A stretch of 56,265 bases of DNA, taken from NCBI GenBank assembly GCA_002313895.1, contig DCAW01000121.1, forward strand, positions 1 to 56,265, in the 5' to 3' direction. The notes below the pieces were generated by a model. The model worked only from the letters and a program-made list of their open reading frames with translations, was not told the origin of the DNA and ran no database searches. Of the stretch, positions 29,195 through 37,576 are shown in pieces; the first letter of the stretch is position 1, and each line of letters opens with the position of its first letter. This DNA comes from Dehalococcoidia bacterium UBA1123. Lineage in GTDB: Bacteria; Chloroflexota; Dehalococcoidia; Lucifugimonadales; UBA1123. The translations under genes were made by a program, and so were the position numbers.

Positions 29195-30145
29195 ATGGAA
29201 TACAGAAACTTTGGAGACTCGGACCTCAAGACATCGGTGATCGGGTTCGGCGGATGGCCGATGGGCAAGGGTCACTATGGCTCATTTGATGAAGACGAGG
29301 TCGTTCGCGCAATCCATGCGGCTATCGATAGTGGCATCACTCTATTTGACACAGCCGCCGTTTACGGCTGGGGCGAGGGCGAAAAGCTTCTCGGCAAGGC
29401 CCTCAAAGGCAAGCGTGACCAGGTAGTCCTAGTCAGCAAGGGCGGCCTATTCGGGGACGAAGCAGGAGCGGCTTCCCAACGAAATAGCTCGAAAGAACAC
29501 CTCTCTGATGGCCTTGAGGAGAGTTTGCGAAATCTCCAGACTGACTATATGGACCTGTATCTAATCCACTGGCCTGACGAATCGCGTCCGTACTCCGAGC
29601 CGATGGAGGCGTTCGCTGATTTCAAGAGCCAGGGTGAAATCCGACAGGGCGGAGTCAGCAACTTCACGCCAGCCATGATGGAAGAGAGCAGAAACACATT
29701 CAAAATAGTGACAAACCAGGTCGGCTACCACCTGTTCGATTTCCGGCCGGAAGCTGAGAACATGCCATTTTGCCGCGAGAATAACATGGGCATCATGGCC
29801 TACGGTTCTCAGGCTCACGGTCTGCTTACTGGAGCGATGTCGCCGGAGACGAAGTTCGAGGATGATGACTGGCGCGGAAGCCTTATGGCATTCGGCCAGT
29901 CACTGTTCAAGGGCGAAACGTTCCTGGACAACCTTCGCAAAGTCGACGCCTTAAAGGAAATCGCCGCATCCCGAAATATGAGCATTGCTCAACTGGCCCT
30001 GTCTTGGGTTATTTCTGAGCCTGTCGTCAGTGTCGGGCTGGTCGGCGCTCGACCGCCCGCTGAGATTGAAGAAAACGTCAAAGCCGCCGACTGGATTATG
30101 ATCGAATCCGAACGCGAAGAGCTAAGGGCCGTGCTTACCGGTTGA
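29195..30145 (+). CDS. aldo/keto reductase
   Basis: MEYRNFGDSDLKTSVIGFGGW..., DTAAVYG, LYLIHWPD and a C-terminal VGARPPAEIEENV. Typical AKR11/13-like pattern. Confidence 0.88.
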   Translation: MEYRNFGDSDLKTSVIGFGGWPMGKGHYGSFDEDEVVRAIHAAIDSGITLFDTAAVYGWGEGEKLLGKALKGKRDQVVLVSKGGLFGDEAGAASQRNSSKEHLSDGLEESLRNLQTDYMDLYLIHWPDESRPYSEPMEAFADFKSQGEIRQGGVSNFTPAMMEESRNTFKIVTNQVGYHLFDFRPEAENMPFCRENNMGIMAYGSQAHGLLTGAMSPETKFEDDDWRGSLMAFGQSLFKGETFLDNLRKVDALKEIAASRNMSIAQLALSWVISEPVVSVGLVGARPPAEIEENVKAADWIMIESEREELRAVLTG

Positions 30146-30167
30146 CGCGCGAGCCACTACCATAATA

Positions 30168-31877
30168 TCAACCGGCTGAAAAATCCTTCCTCAAGAAGTC
30201 GAAATCGCATCCCTGGTCGGCTTGGAGGATGTGTTGGGCGAACATCCAGCCGTAGCCTCGTTCAAACGGTTGCTTCGTCGGCGGCGACTCGGAAAGCCGC
30301 CGCTGAATCTCGCGGTCTTCGACTAGCAGTTCCAGGCGGCGATTCGGAACATCTAGAGATATGGTGTCTCCGTTTTGCACAGCCGCTAGCGGGCCACCCT
30401 TGGCAGACTCTGGCGTGACATGCACCACTACGGTCCCGAACGCAGTGCCGCTCATGCGAGCGTCGCTCAGGCGGACCATGTCTCGAACTCCTGACGCCAG
30501 TATCTTTTTGGGCAAGGGCAGGAATCCCCACTCCGGCATTCCGGGCGCTCCTATCGGGCCACTGTTTCGCATCACTAGAACGTCATCTGGGTGAACGTCG
30601 AGGTTGGGGTCATCTATTCTTGCGGCCAGATCGTCGTGGTCCTCGAACACAATTGCACGGCCCTGGTGAGTCAGCAACTCAGGCGAGGCTGCGGTGGGCT
30701 TGATAAGCGCTCCGTCGGGTGCGAGGTTGCCGTTTAAGAGCGCCAAGCCGCCTTCTGGGTCCAATGGGGCATCCAATGATTTCACGACGTCTGGATTGTA
30801 ATTTATTGCGCTTGCAATATTTGCTCCCAACGATCGTCCGGTTACCGTCATCGCATCGGCGTGCAACAGAGGACTTATCTCTTTAAGCAGAGCCGCCAAC
30901 CCTCCTGCATACTGAAAATCCTCCATCAGGTATTGGCCCGAGGGCTTCAAATTGAGGATGAACGGCGTGGTGCGGGATAGATCGTCGAACACGGAAAGTG
31001 GCAGATCAACGCCCAATCGACCAGCGATGGCGGTTAGATGGACGATTGCATTCGTCGAACCGCCGATAGCGTGCATCGTGCGAATCGCGTTCTCCATAGC
31101 TGGGCGCGTCATGATCTTCGAGGGCGTGAGTCCTTGTTCAACAACCCGCATGATCTGACGTCCGGCGGCTTCCGCCAGACGTGCGCGGCCAGAATCGACG
31201 GCTGGGATTGTTGCGTTGCCGGGGAGGGCAATGCCCATCGCCTCGGCCATCGCCGCCATCGTGGATGCCGTGCCCATCACCATGCAGTGGCCAGGACTGC
31301 GAACGATGCAGGTCTGAAGCTCTGACCAGTCCTCCTCGGTGATGCGCCCCGCGCGAAGCTCAATCTCGTAGCGCCTGCAGTCAGTGCAAGACCCCAATTC
31401 TTCGCCTCGCCAGTTGGCCTTCAACTGCGGCCCTCCAGTGACCAGAATTGCCGGGATGTCGGCACTTGCCGCGCCCATCAACAGCGCCGGGGTTGTCTTG
31501 TCACAGCCACCCAACAAAACGACTCCATCTAGCGGATTGGCCTTGATCGACTCCTCAACGTCCATGCTCATGAGATTACGATAAAGCATGGTCGTGGGGC
31601 GCATGTTGTACTCACCGAGGGACATCACCGGAAACTCCATAGGATACCCGCCTGACATCCAGACTCCGCGCTTGACGGCCTCGGCCAGTTCGCGAAGGTG
31701 AGCGTTGCAGTGAGTCAACTCGCTCCAGGAGTTGCAAATGCCGATAATAGGCTTCCCGCGATACGACTCAGTCTCGTGGCCCTGAGCCATGAACGCGGCT
31801 TCTCGAAGCCAGCCGTAAAGCTCCGGCGTGTCGAACCATTCTCTGCTCCTCAGGGGATTTCCGTTCGGACGTTCCAT
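30168..31877 (-). CDS. IlvD/Edd-family dehydratase (sugar-acid dehydratase-like)
   Basis: 569 aa with LLGGCDKTTPALLMGA, the Fe-S ligand pattern, and TDGRFSG-like SDARMSGTAFG. Confidence 0.9.
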   Translation of the reverse strand: MERPNGNPLRSREWFDTPELYGWLREAAFMAQGHETESYRGKPIIGICNSWSELTHCNAHLRELAEAVKRGVWMSGGYPMEFPVMSLGEYNMRPTTMLYRNLMSMDVEESIKANPLDGVVLLGGCDKTTPALLMGAASADIPAILVTGGPQLKANWRGEELGSCTDCRRYEIELRAGRITEEDWSELQTCIVRSPGHCMVMGTASTMAAMAEAMGIALPGNATIPAVDSGRARLAEAAGRQIMRVVEQGLTPSKIMTRPAMENAIRTMHAIGGSTNAIVHLTAIAGRLGVDLPLSVFDDLSRTTPFILNLKPSGQYLMEDFQYAGGLAALLKEISPLLHADAMTVTGRSLGANIASAINYNPDVVKSLDAPLDPEGGLALLNGNLAPDGALIKPTAASPELLTHQGRAIVFEDHDDLAARIDDPNLDVHPDDVLVMRNSGPIGAPGMPEWGFLPLPKKILASGVRDMVRLSDARMSGTAFGTVVVHVTPESAKGGPLAAVQNGDTISLDVPNRRLELLVEDREIQRRLSESPPTKQPFERGYGWMFAQHILQADQGCDFDFLRKDFSAG

Positions 31878-31933
31878 TCAGAATTTTCTCCATCTCGGTC
31901 ACATATTAGATTCATCCGCCGGCCAGAATCCGG

Positions 31934-32587
31934 CTACGATTCCGTCGTTTGCGGTTCAGACTGCTTGACGGGTTGTTCGGCCTGGATTTGAGCGTCCATC
32001 CATCGCTTTAGCGCATCCAGTCCAGGTGGGGCGACATAAAATACCTGAATATCGGATGGGAACTGGACACGATGATCTTCTCTGATGAACAGCGCCGCAG
32101 TCTCTCCATCTTGAAGCGTTTCGCCGATTCGTTCGCCGATTCTGTCGAATCGCTGCTGAAGGGTGTTGTTGAAGCCTTCGATTGCCATGGTCGAGATTTT
32201 CTGAGACATCAGACCAATCGACAAGATTCTCTGCCAGTCGATATGCTCCTCGACTACCTCTCGATCCTCGGCTGCTTCCAGCGTTGCGGATCCACTCCGC
32301 ATGGCCTGGATGAACACGGAGCCGTGGGGATTCAGTGACTCCAACATAGCAACCGCGTCATCGTCTTTGACATAAATCATCTCGTGATAAATTCGGCTGA
32401 CCTTACCCAAGCTTCTTTCCAGATTCGCGATGGCGTCTCGAACCTCGGACCAGTAACGCTCCAAGTGTGCAACGCCTTCCTCAGGGATACCTGGCGGAAG
32501 GACGTAATTGGGCACGAGGAATATCTTCCTAGTGCCGTCGTATTGTGTGGCAGACGGTTTTTCGAATTGAGATATCGGTTGCGTCAT
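31934..32587 (-). CDS. hypothetical protein (tail gene of the formate dehydrogenase/AOR block)
   Basis: 217-aa ORF with coding-like composition and no family signature I recognise. Same strand, 93 nt downstream of the FdhA-like gene. Confidence 0.55.
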   Translation of the reverse strand: MTQPISQFEKPSATQYDGTRKIFLVPNYVLPPGIPEEGVAHLERYWSEVRDAIANLERSLGKVSRIYHEMIYVKDDDAVAMLESLNPHGSVFIQAMRSGSATLEAAEDREVVEEHIDWQRILSIGLMSQKISTMAIEGFNNTLQQRFDRIGERIGETLQDGETAALFIREDHRVQFPSDIQVFYVAPPGLDALKRWMDAQIQAEQPVKQSEPQTTES

Positions 32588-32680
32588 GGCGAGGTTGCAC
32601 CTTGTGAGTCGATTGCGTCAATTTCTCTCAAGAGTATATAACGCTATGTGCCCGAGGTTCGAGTGTCACGGAGGTGAAAA

Positions 32681-35431
32681 TTAGACCCTCACCCGCCGCC
32701 TTCGACCGTCGGAGACGACTTCGCCATTTACTAGCTTATCTACGCGCACCGCGCATACCTTGTATTCGGGAATCCTGGAGGTTGGGTCCAACGCGGGATT
32801 CGTCAAGTAATTGGCGGCGTGTTCCTGGAGCTTTGCGAATGGGACAAACAGTTCACCCGGAGCCTGTTTATCACTAAACAGAGCTCGTGCCTCCATGTCC
32901 CCTCTCCGAGAGCGAACGCGAACCCAGTCGCCATCGTCGATTCCATACTTTTGGGCGTCTTCAGCATTAATGGCAAGCTCAAGCTCTGGGGACCGAGCCA
33001 TCAAATTCGACGCTCTCCGGGTGATCGTCCCGCCGTGCCAGTGATACAGGATTCGTCCGGTGTTCAGGATCAGCGGGAAGCGTTCCGTGGGAACTTCGTC
33101 AGCCGCAGGCCCTTGATCGAACGCAACGAACTTGGCCTTCGGTCCCCTCGGAAAATCAGATTCGTAGAGGTATCGGGTACCGGGATGGTCAGAAGTCGGG
33201 CACGGCCATTGAATCCCGCCTTCCTGCTCCAACCGATCATAGGTGATGCCACCCATGATGGGAGTCAGGCCTGACAATTCGTCGAATATTTCCGAGGGGT
33301 GCGAATAGTCAAACTCGTGCTTAAGCTCCAGTCCCAGCTTGTCGCTGATACGTCGCCCTAGCTCGCCGATGATGCCCCAGTCCGGCCTGCTGTCGCCAAC
33401 AGGCTCGATCACCTTGCGGACACGCTGGACTCTGCGTTCGCTGTTGGTGAAGGTGCCGTCCTTCTCGGCGAATGTGGTAGCGGGAAGCACAACATCAGCG
33501 ATCTGAGCAGTTTCGTGAAGGAATATGTCCTGCACGACGAGGAAGTCCAGTTTCTTGAACGCGGCCTCGGCATGGGTGAGATCGGGCTCGCTCAATAGCG
33601 GATTCTCTCCAACCACGTACATGGATTTTATGCGACCGTCATCCATCGCCGTGACCATATCGGTAATGACCAGGCCATGCTCCCTAGGGAGTGGCTGGTT
33701 GCTCCAAGCATTTTCAAACTTGGAGATTGTGTCATCACTCAACACCTGATATCCGGGGAACGAGTTGGGTACACATCCGGCATCTCCGCAACCCTGAACG
33801 TTATTCTGGCCTCGAAGCGGGGAGATTCCTGACCCAGGCTTACCCAACTGACCGGACACGAAAGCGAGATTGAGGAGTCCGTGAGCGTTTGCGGTCCCCA
33901 TCGTGTGCTGCGTGACACCCATGCCCCAGATGAGGCATGACCCACTGAAAGGCGGTTGGGCATACATCCGGGCCGCGTTGGCGATATCGTTGGCTCGAAC
34001 CCCTGTGATTCCTTCGGCGTATTCGAGGGTGTACTTTTCAACCACTTCGCGCCACTCGTCGAAACCTTCGGTGCGGTCATCAACGAAACTGGTGTCTGCC
34101 AGCCCCTCGTCGAGGATTACTTTGGCCATCGCATTCAACAACGCCACGTCGGTTCCCGGACGAGGCCTGAGCCAGATGTCGGCGTAGTCGCACATATCAA
34201 TACGCCTGGGGTTGATGACTATCAGTTTCGCGCCGCGTTCGACTACCGCTCGGCGCATCCGAGAGGCCGCAACCGGATGGTTCGATGTAGCGTCAGAACC
34301 CACGACTACCAGACAGCCAGCCTCCTCATAGTCGACGTAGCTGTTAGATGTCGCTCCGCTTCCCAGGGCCGTCAACATCGCCTCGACGGAAGGGGAGTGG
34401 CATAAGCGTGTGCAGTGATCGATGTGGTTGCTCTGCATTATCAGTCGGGCGAATTTCTGTTGGATATAGCCATCCTCGTTGGTTGCTTTGGCAGAGGCCA
34501 GAGTGCCGAAAGCATCGCCGCGATATTTGATCAAGTTGTCAGCGACATACTCCATCGCCTCTTCCCAACTCACCGGTGTCAGTTCTCCGTCTTTGCGAAT
34601 CAGAGGAGACTTGATCCTGTCTTCATGGTTCACGAACGAGAAACCGAACCTGCCTTTGACGCACAACATTCCGACGCTTGAGAGGTTGTCAGGGTCGTCT
34701 TCGATCTCGATGATTTGGTCTTTGGCGTCCACTTTGGCCTTTATTCCGCATCCAACTCCGCAGTAGGGGCAAGTCGTTGTGACGGTTTTGATCTCTTGGG
34801 CTGGCGCGAACTTTACGTCTATGGCGCCTGTGGGGCAGGACGCAAGGCACGAGCCGCAGGTGGTGCAAACGGACTCTAGCAAAGGTTTGTCCATGAATGT
34901 GCCGATACGCGAAGATTGTCCGGCGCCAAGAAAATCGATGGCTCCAATAAATTGATGGCCATCCTGGCACGCCTGGGCACATCGGCCACACAAGATGCAG
35001 GAGTCCATAGCGATGTTGAAGACCGGGTTGCTATCGTCGACGGTTTCGCGCTCGCGAGGCTCCCACCGGGATTTATCTATGTTGTAATGATTCGCGGCGA
35101 CCGAAAGCTCTTGGAAGTCGCTGGGGCCGTCCTGAACATTCTCACCGACCATCGACAACGTCAACTCTACGACGCCGCGACGAATCGAGTCCAGTTCAGG
35201 AGTATCGGTCCAGATCTTCATGCCATCCGATGCCGGAGTCGAACACGAAGCCGGGTATCCTCGGACTCCCTCGATCTGCACTAGGCAGGTCCGACATGCG
35301 CCGATGGCCTTCATGTCAGGGTCTTTGCAAAGCTGCGAGATGTAGGTTCCCGAGATGTTGACCACGTCCAAAACCGACGAGCCCTCGGGGGCGTCGATCT
35401 GGTTGGCGTTTATCGAAAGGGTGATACTCAT
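32681..35431 (-). CDS. fdhA: formate dehydrogenase alpha subunit, FdsA/NuoG-like (2Fe-2S + 4Fe-4S N-terminus, Mo/W-bisPGD catalytic domain), Cys type
   Basis: 916 aa. Contains an N-terminal 2Fe-2S ferredoxin-like domain, CILCGRCAQAC and CTTCGSCLASCP clusters, TTCPYCGVGCG, and the active-site stretch HCTRLCHSPSV with Cys rather than Sec. Confidence 0.92.
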   Translation of the reverse strand: MSITLSINANQIDAPEGSSVLDVVNISGTYISQLCKDPDMKAIGACRTCLVQIEGVRGYPASCSTPASDGMKIWTDTPELDSIRRGVVELTLSMVGENVQDGPSDFQELSVAANHYNIDKSRWEPRERETVDDSNPVFNIAMDSCILCGRCAQACQDGHQFIGAIDFLGAGQSSRIGTFMDKPLLESVCTTCGSCLASCPTGAIDVKFAPAQEIKTVTTTCPYCGVGCGIKAKVDAKDQIIEIEDDPDNLSSVGMLCVKGRFGFSFVNHEDRIKSPLIRKDGELTPVSWEEAMEYVADNLIKYRGDAFGTLASAKATNEDGYIQQKFARLIMQSNHIDHCTRLCHSPSVEAMLTALGSGATSNSYVDYEEAGCLVVVGSDATSNHPVAASRMRRAVVERGAKLIVINPRRIDMCDYADIWLRPRPGTDVALLNAMAKVILDEGLADTSFVDDRTEGFDEWREVVEKYTLEYAEGITGVRANDIANAARMYAQPPFSGSCLIWGMGVTQHTMGTANAHGLLNLAFVSGQLGKPGSGISPLRGQNNVQGCGDAGCVPNSFPGYQVLSDDTISKFENAWSNQPLPREHGLVITDMVTAMDDGRIKSMYVVGENPLLSEPDLTHAEAAFKKLDFLVVQDIFLHETAQIADVVLPATTFAEKDGTFTNSERRVQRVRKVIEPVGDSRPDWGIIGELGRRISDKLGLELKHEFDYSHPSEIFDELSGLTPIMGGITYDRLEQEGGIQWPCPTSDHPGTRYLYESDFPRGPKAKFVAFDQGPAADEVPTERFPLILNTGRILYHWHGGTITRRASNLMARSPELELAINAEDAQKYGIDDGDWVRVRSRRGDMEARALFSDKQAPGELFVPFAKLQEHAANYLTNPALDPTSRIPEYKVCAVRVDKLVNGEVVSDGRRRRVRV

Positions 35432-35483
35432 TAACGCAGTTCCTGTTCAATCGGTCTTAGGTTTGAATCACACCGGGCGAATG

Positions 35484-37070
35484 TCATGCCGTCGTCAGCA
35501 TCGCCAGTTCATCGCCAAAGAAATGCAGAGCGCTGAGGATTGGATTTCCTGCGGCCTGGCCCAGACCACATAACGACGCAGAGTTCACTACGCGAGCGAG
35601 GTACTCCATTTCCTCAATGTCCTGAGATTTGCCATCGCCGGCCGCGATCTTGTCTACCAAATTCACCATGCGAGGCGTTCCTTCACGGCAAGGCGTGCAT
35701 TTACCGCAGGATTCGTTGGCATTGTAAGAGGCGAGATTTCGCATGACTTCGAGTAGGCTCACGCGATCGTCCAGAACGATTACGCCTCCGGCGCCTAACA
35801 TGACCCCAGATTCGTGTAACATGCCACCCTTGATAGGCGTGTCCAGCATAGAAACCGGAAAAACCCCGCTGGACGGCCCACCGACACCCAACATGCGTAG
35901 GGAGCTGCCTGCTTTGGGACCGCCCCCCACCTGATCGACGATGTCCCGTAGCGTTGTGCCCATCGGCAACTCGGCGACACCAGATCGATTGACTACACCA
36001 CTTAGGCTTATGATTTTGGTGCCGGCGTCAGCTTCTGTCCCGATCGCTTTGAATACCGAAGCGCCATTCTTCAAGATGTAAGGAAGACTGGCCAGCGTTT
36101 CGGGGTTATTTATGACCGTTGGTTTCGCATTTAGTCCGGCTTCAGTTGGAAAAGGCGGCTTCAAACGCGGCTCTCTTCGGTAGCCTTCCAATGTGTTCAG
36201 GAGCGTCGTCTCTTCGCCACAAACATACCCTCCAGCGCCGCGCCTGATTTCCACTTCAAGATCGAATCCAGACTCAAGGATATTTTTCCCGATCAGCCCC
36301 AGCGCTCGCGCGGCCAGGATCGCCGACCCCATGCGTTCAGCGGACAACTCAGCCTCGGCGTTGATATAGATTATTGCCTCTGTGACTCCGGCGGCGTAGG
36401 ACGCGATCATCGCGCCTTCGAGAATCCGGTGAGGAACGCCTTCCATCAGATGACGGTCTTTGAAAATTCCAGGCTCGCCCTCCTCGCAATTTACTACCAG
36501 GTACTTTGGTGTGTTGCGAACGTTGCGCGCGGCTTCCCATTTCAGCGCCGCCGGAAAGTACGCTCCGCCCCGACCTCGAAGGCCGGAGGCTTTGACCTCT
36601 TCAATGACCTGCTCTGGAGCGCTCTGAAGGGACGCGGCGAGACCTGAATAGCCACCGTTGCTGATGTAATCGTCGATGTGTGTGGATTCCAGTGTTCCGC
36701 AACCGTCTAGCGCTATGCGGGTCTGGCGAGAGAAGAATGGATGGGATTCGGCGGCTGGTTGGGAATGGACATTTGCAAGGTTGCTTAGGATGTCGGGGAT
36801 GTCCTCAGGGGCCACACGGACATGCCTGACGTTTCCGACTGTAACGACCGGTGCTTCATAACATGCCCCGTCGCATCCTGAAACGACTAGAACGGCGGAT
36901 TCCGACAGTTGCGAGGCGAGTTGTTCAGCGATTGACTCGACTCCCGCAGATGCCGAACAGTGACTCCATTGCACGATCACGCGAGATTTGTCGGAAAACC
37001 TGGCAGATATGTTCTCGTTGGATGATTTGAATATTGCGTTAAAGGCGGCTTTGACATCTTGATCGCTCAT
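35484..37070 (-). CDS. NuoF-like NAD(H)/FMN-binding subunit (FdsB-type)
   Basis: 528 aa with GRGGAYFP, GAGGYVCGEETTLLNTLEG and a C-terminal 4Fe-4S motif (ESCGKCTPCREG). Confidence 0.92.
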   Translation of the reverse strand: MSDQDVKAAFNAIFKSSNENISARFSDKSRVIVQWSHCSASAGVESIAEQLASQLSESAVLVVSGCDGACYEAPVVTVGNVRHVRVAPEDIPDILSNLANVHSQPAAESHPFFSRQTRIALDGCGTLESTHIDDYISNGGYSGLAASLQSAPEQVIEEVKASGLRGRGGAYFPAALKWEAARNVRNTPKYLVVNCEEGEPGIFKDRHLMEGVPHRILEGAMIASYAAGVTEAIIYINAEAELSAERMGSAILAARALGLIGKNILESGFDLEVEIRRGAGGYVCGEETTLLNTLEGYRREPRLKPPFPTEAGLNAKPTVINNPETLASLPYILKNGASVFKAIGTEADAGTKIISLSGVVNRSGVAELPMGTTLRDIVDQVGGGPKAGSSLRMLGVGGPSSGVFPVSMLDTPIKGGMLHESGVMLGAGGVIVLDDRVSLLEVMRNLASYNANESCGKCTPCREGTPRMVNLVDKIAAGDGKSQDIEEMEYLARVVNSASLCGLGQAAGNPILSALHFFGDELAMLTTA

Positions 37071-37576
37071 GAGCTCATTGCCTCTTTGATGAGCCTCGAT
37101 GCATCATCCGACGAGACTCTGCCATGCCATGCGCCATCCATCTCAATTGCAGGGGCGAGCGCGCACACGAATCCGCAGGGAATTTCTTCCAGGGTGAATT
37201 GTCCGTCATCGGTGGTTGAGCCAGAATGCATGTCGAATCGCGATTGCAAGGATGCGAGAACGTCGCTTGCTCCGTTCGCCCAGCAACTTAGTCCGGTGCA
37301 AACCCGCACGATGTGCTTCCCGGGCTTGTCGATTCGCAGCTCGGTGTAGCTCGTGGCTGCTCCGTAAACTTCAGATGCGGCAATCCCGAGATGCCAGCTA
37401 ACGACCTCCATCGCCCATTCAGGCAGGTGTCCGAATTGGTGGTGTAGGTAGTGCAACGCGGGCAGAAGTTGCCCATGATCTCTCGGGAAGTTTTCCCGAA
37501 GCTCGCGCCTCAAGATGTTTCGTTCTGACGTCAAATTGGCCCCTTTACACGTTGGTCGTTTCAGCATTTTGGACAA
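37067..37576 (-). CDS. NuoE-like 2Fe-2S subunit (FdsG-type)
   Basis: About 165 aa with LLPALHYLHHQFGHLP and the cysteines VCTGLSCWANG and CGFVCALAP. ATGA overlap with the NuoF-like gene. The annotated start lies 32 nt inside the AOR gene; the exact start is uncertain. Confidence 0.85.
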   Translation of the reverse strand: MSKMLKRPTCKGANLTSERNILRRELRENFPRDHGQLLPALHYLHHQFGHLPEWAMEVVSWHLGIAASEVYGAATSYTELRIDKPGKHIVRVCTGLSCWANGASDVLASLQSRFDMHSGSTTDDGQFTLEEIPCGFVCALAPAIEMDGAWHGRVSSDDASRLIKEAMSS

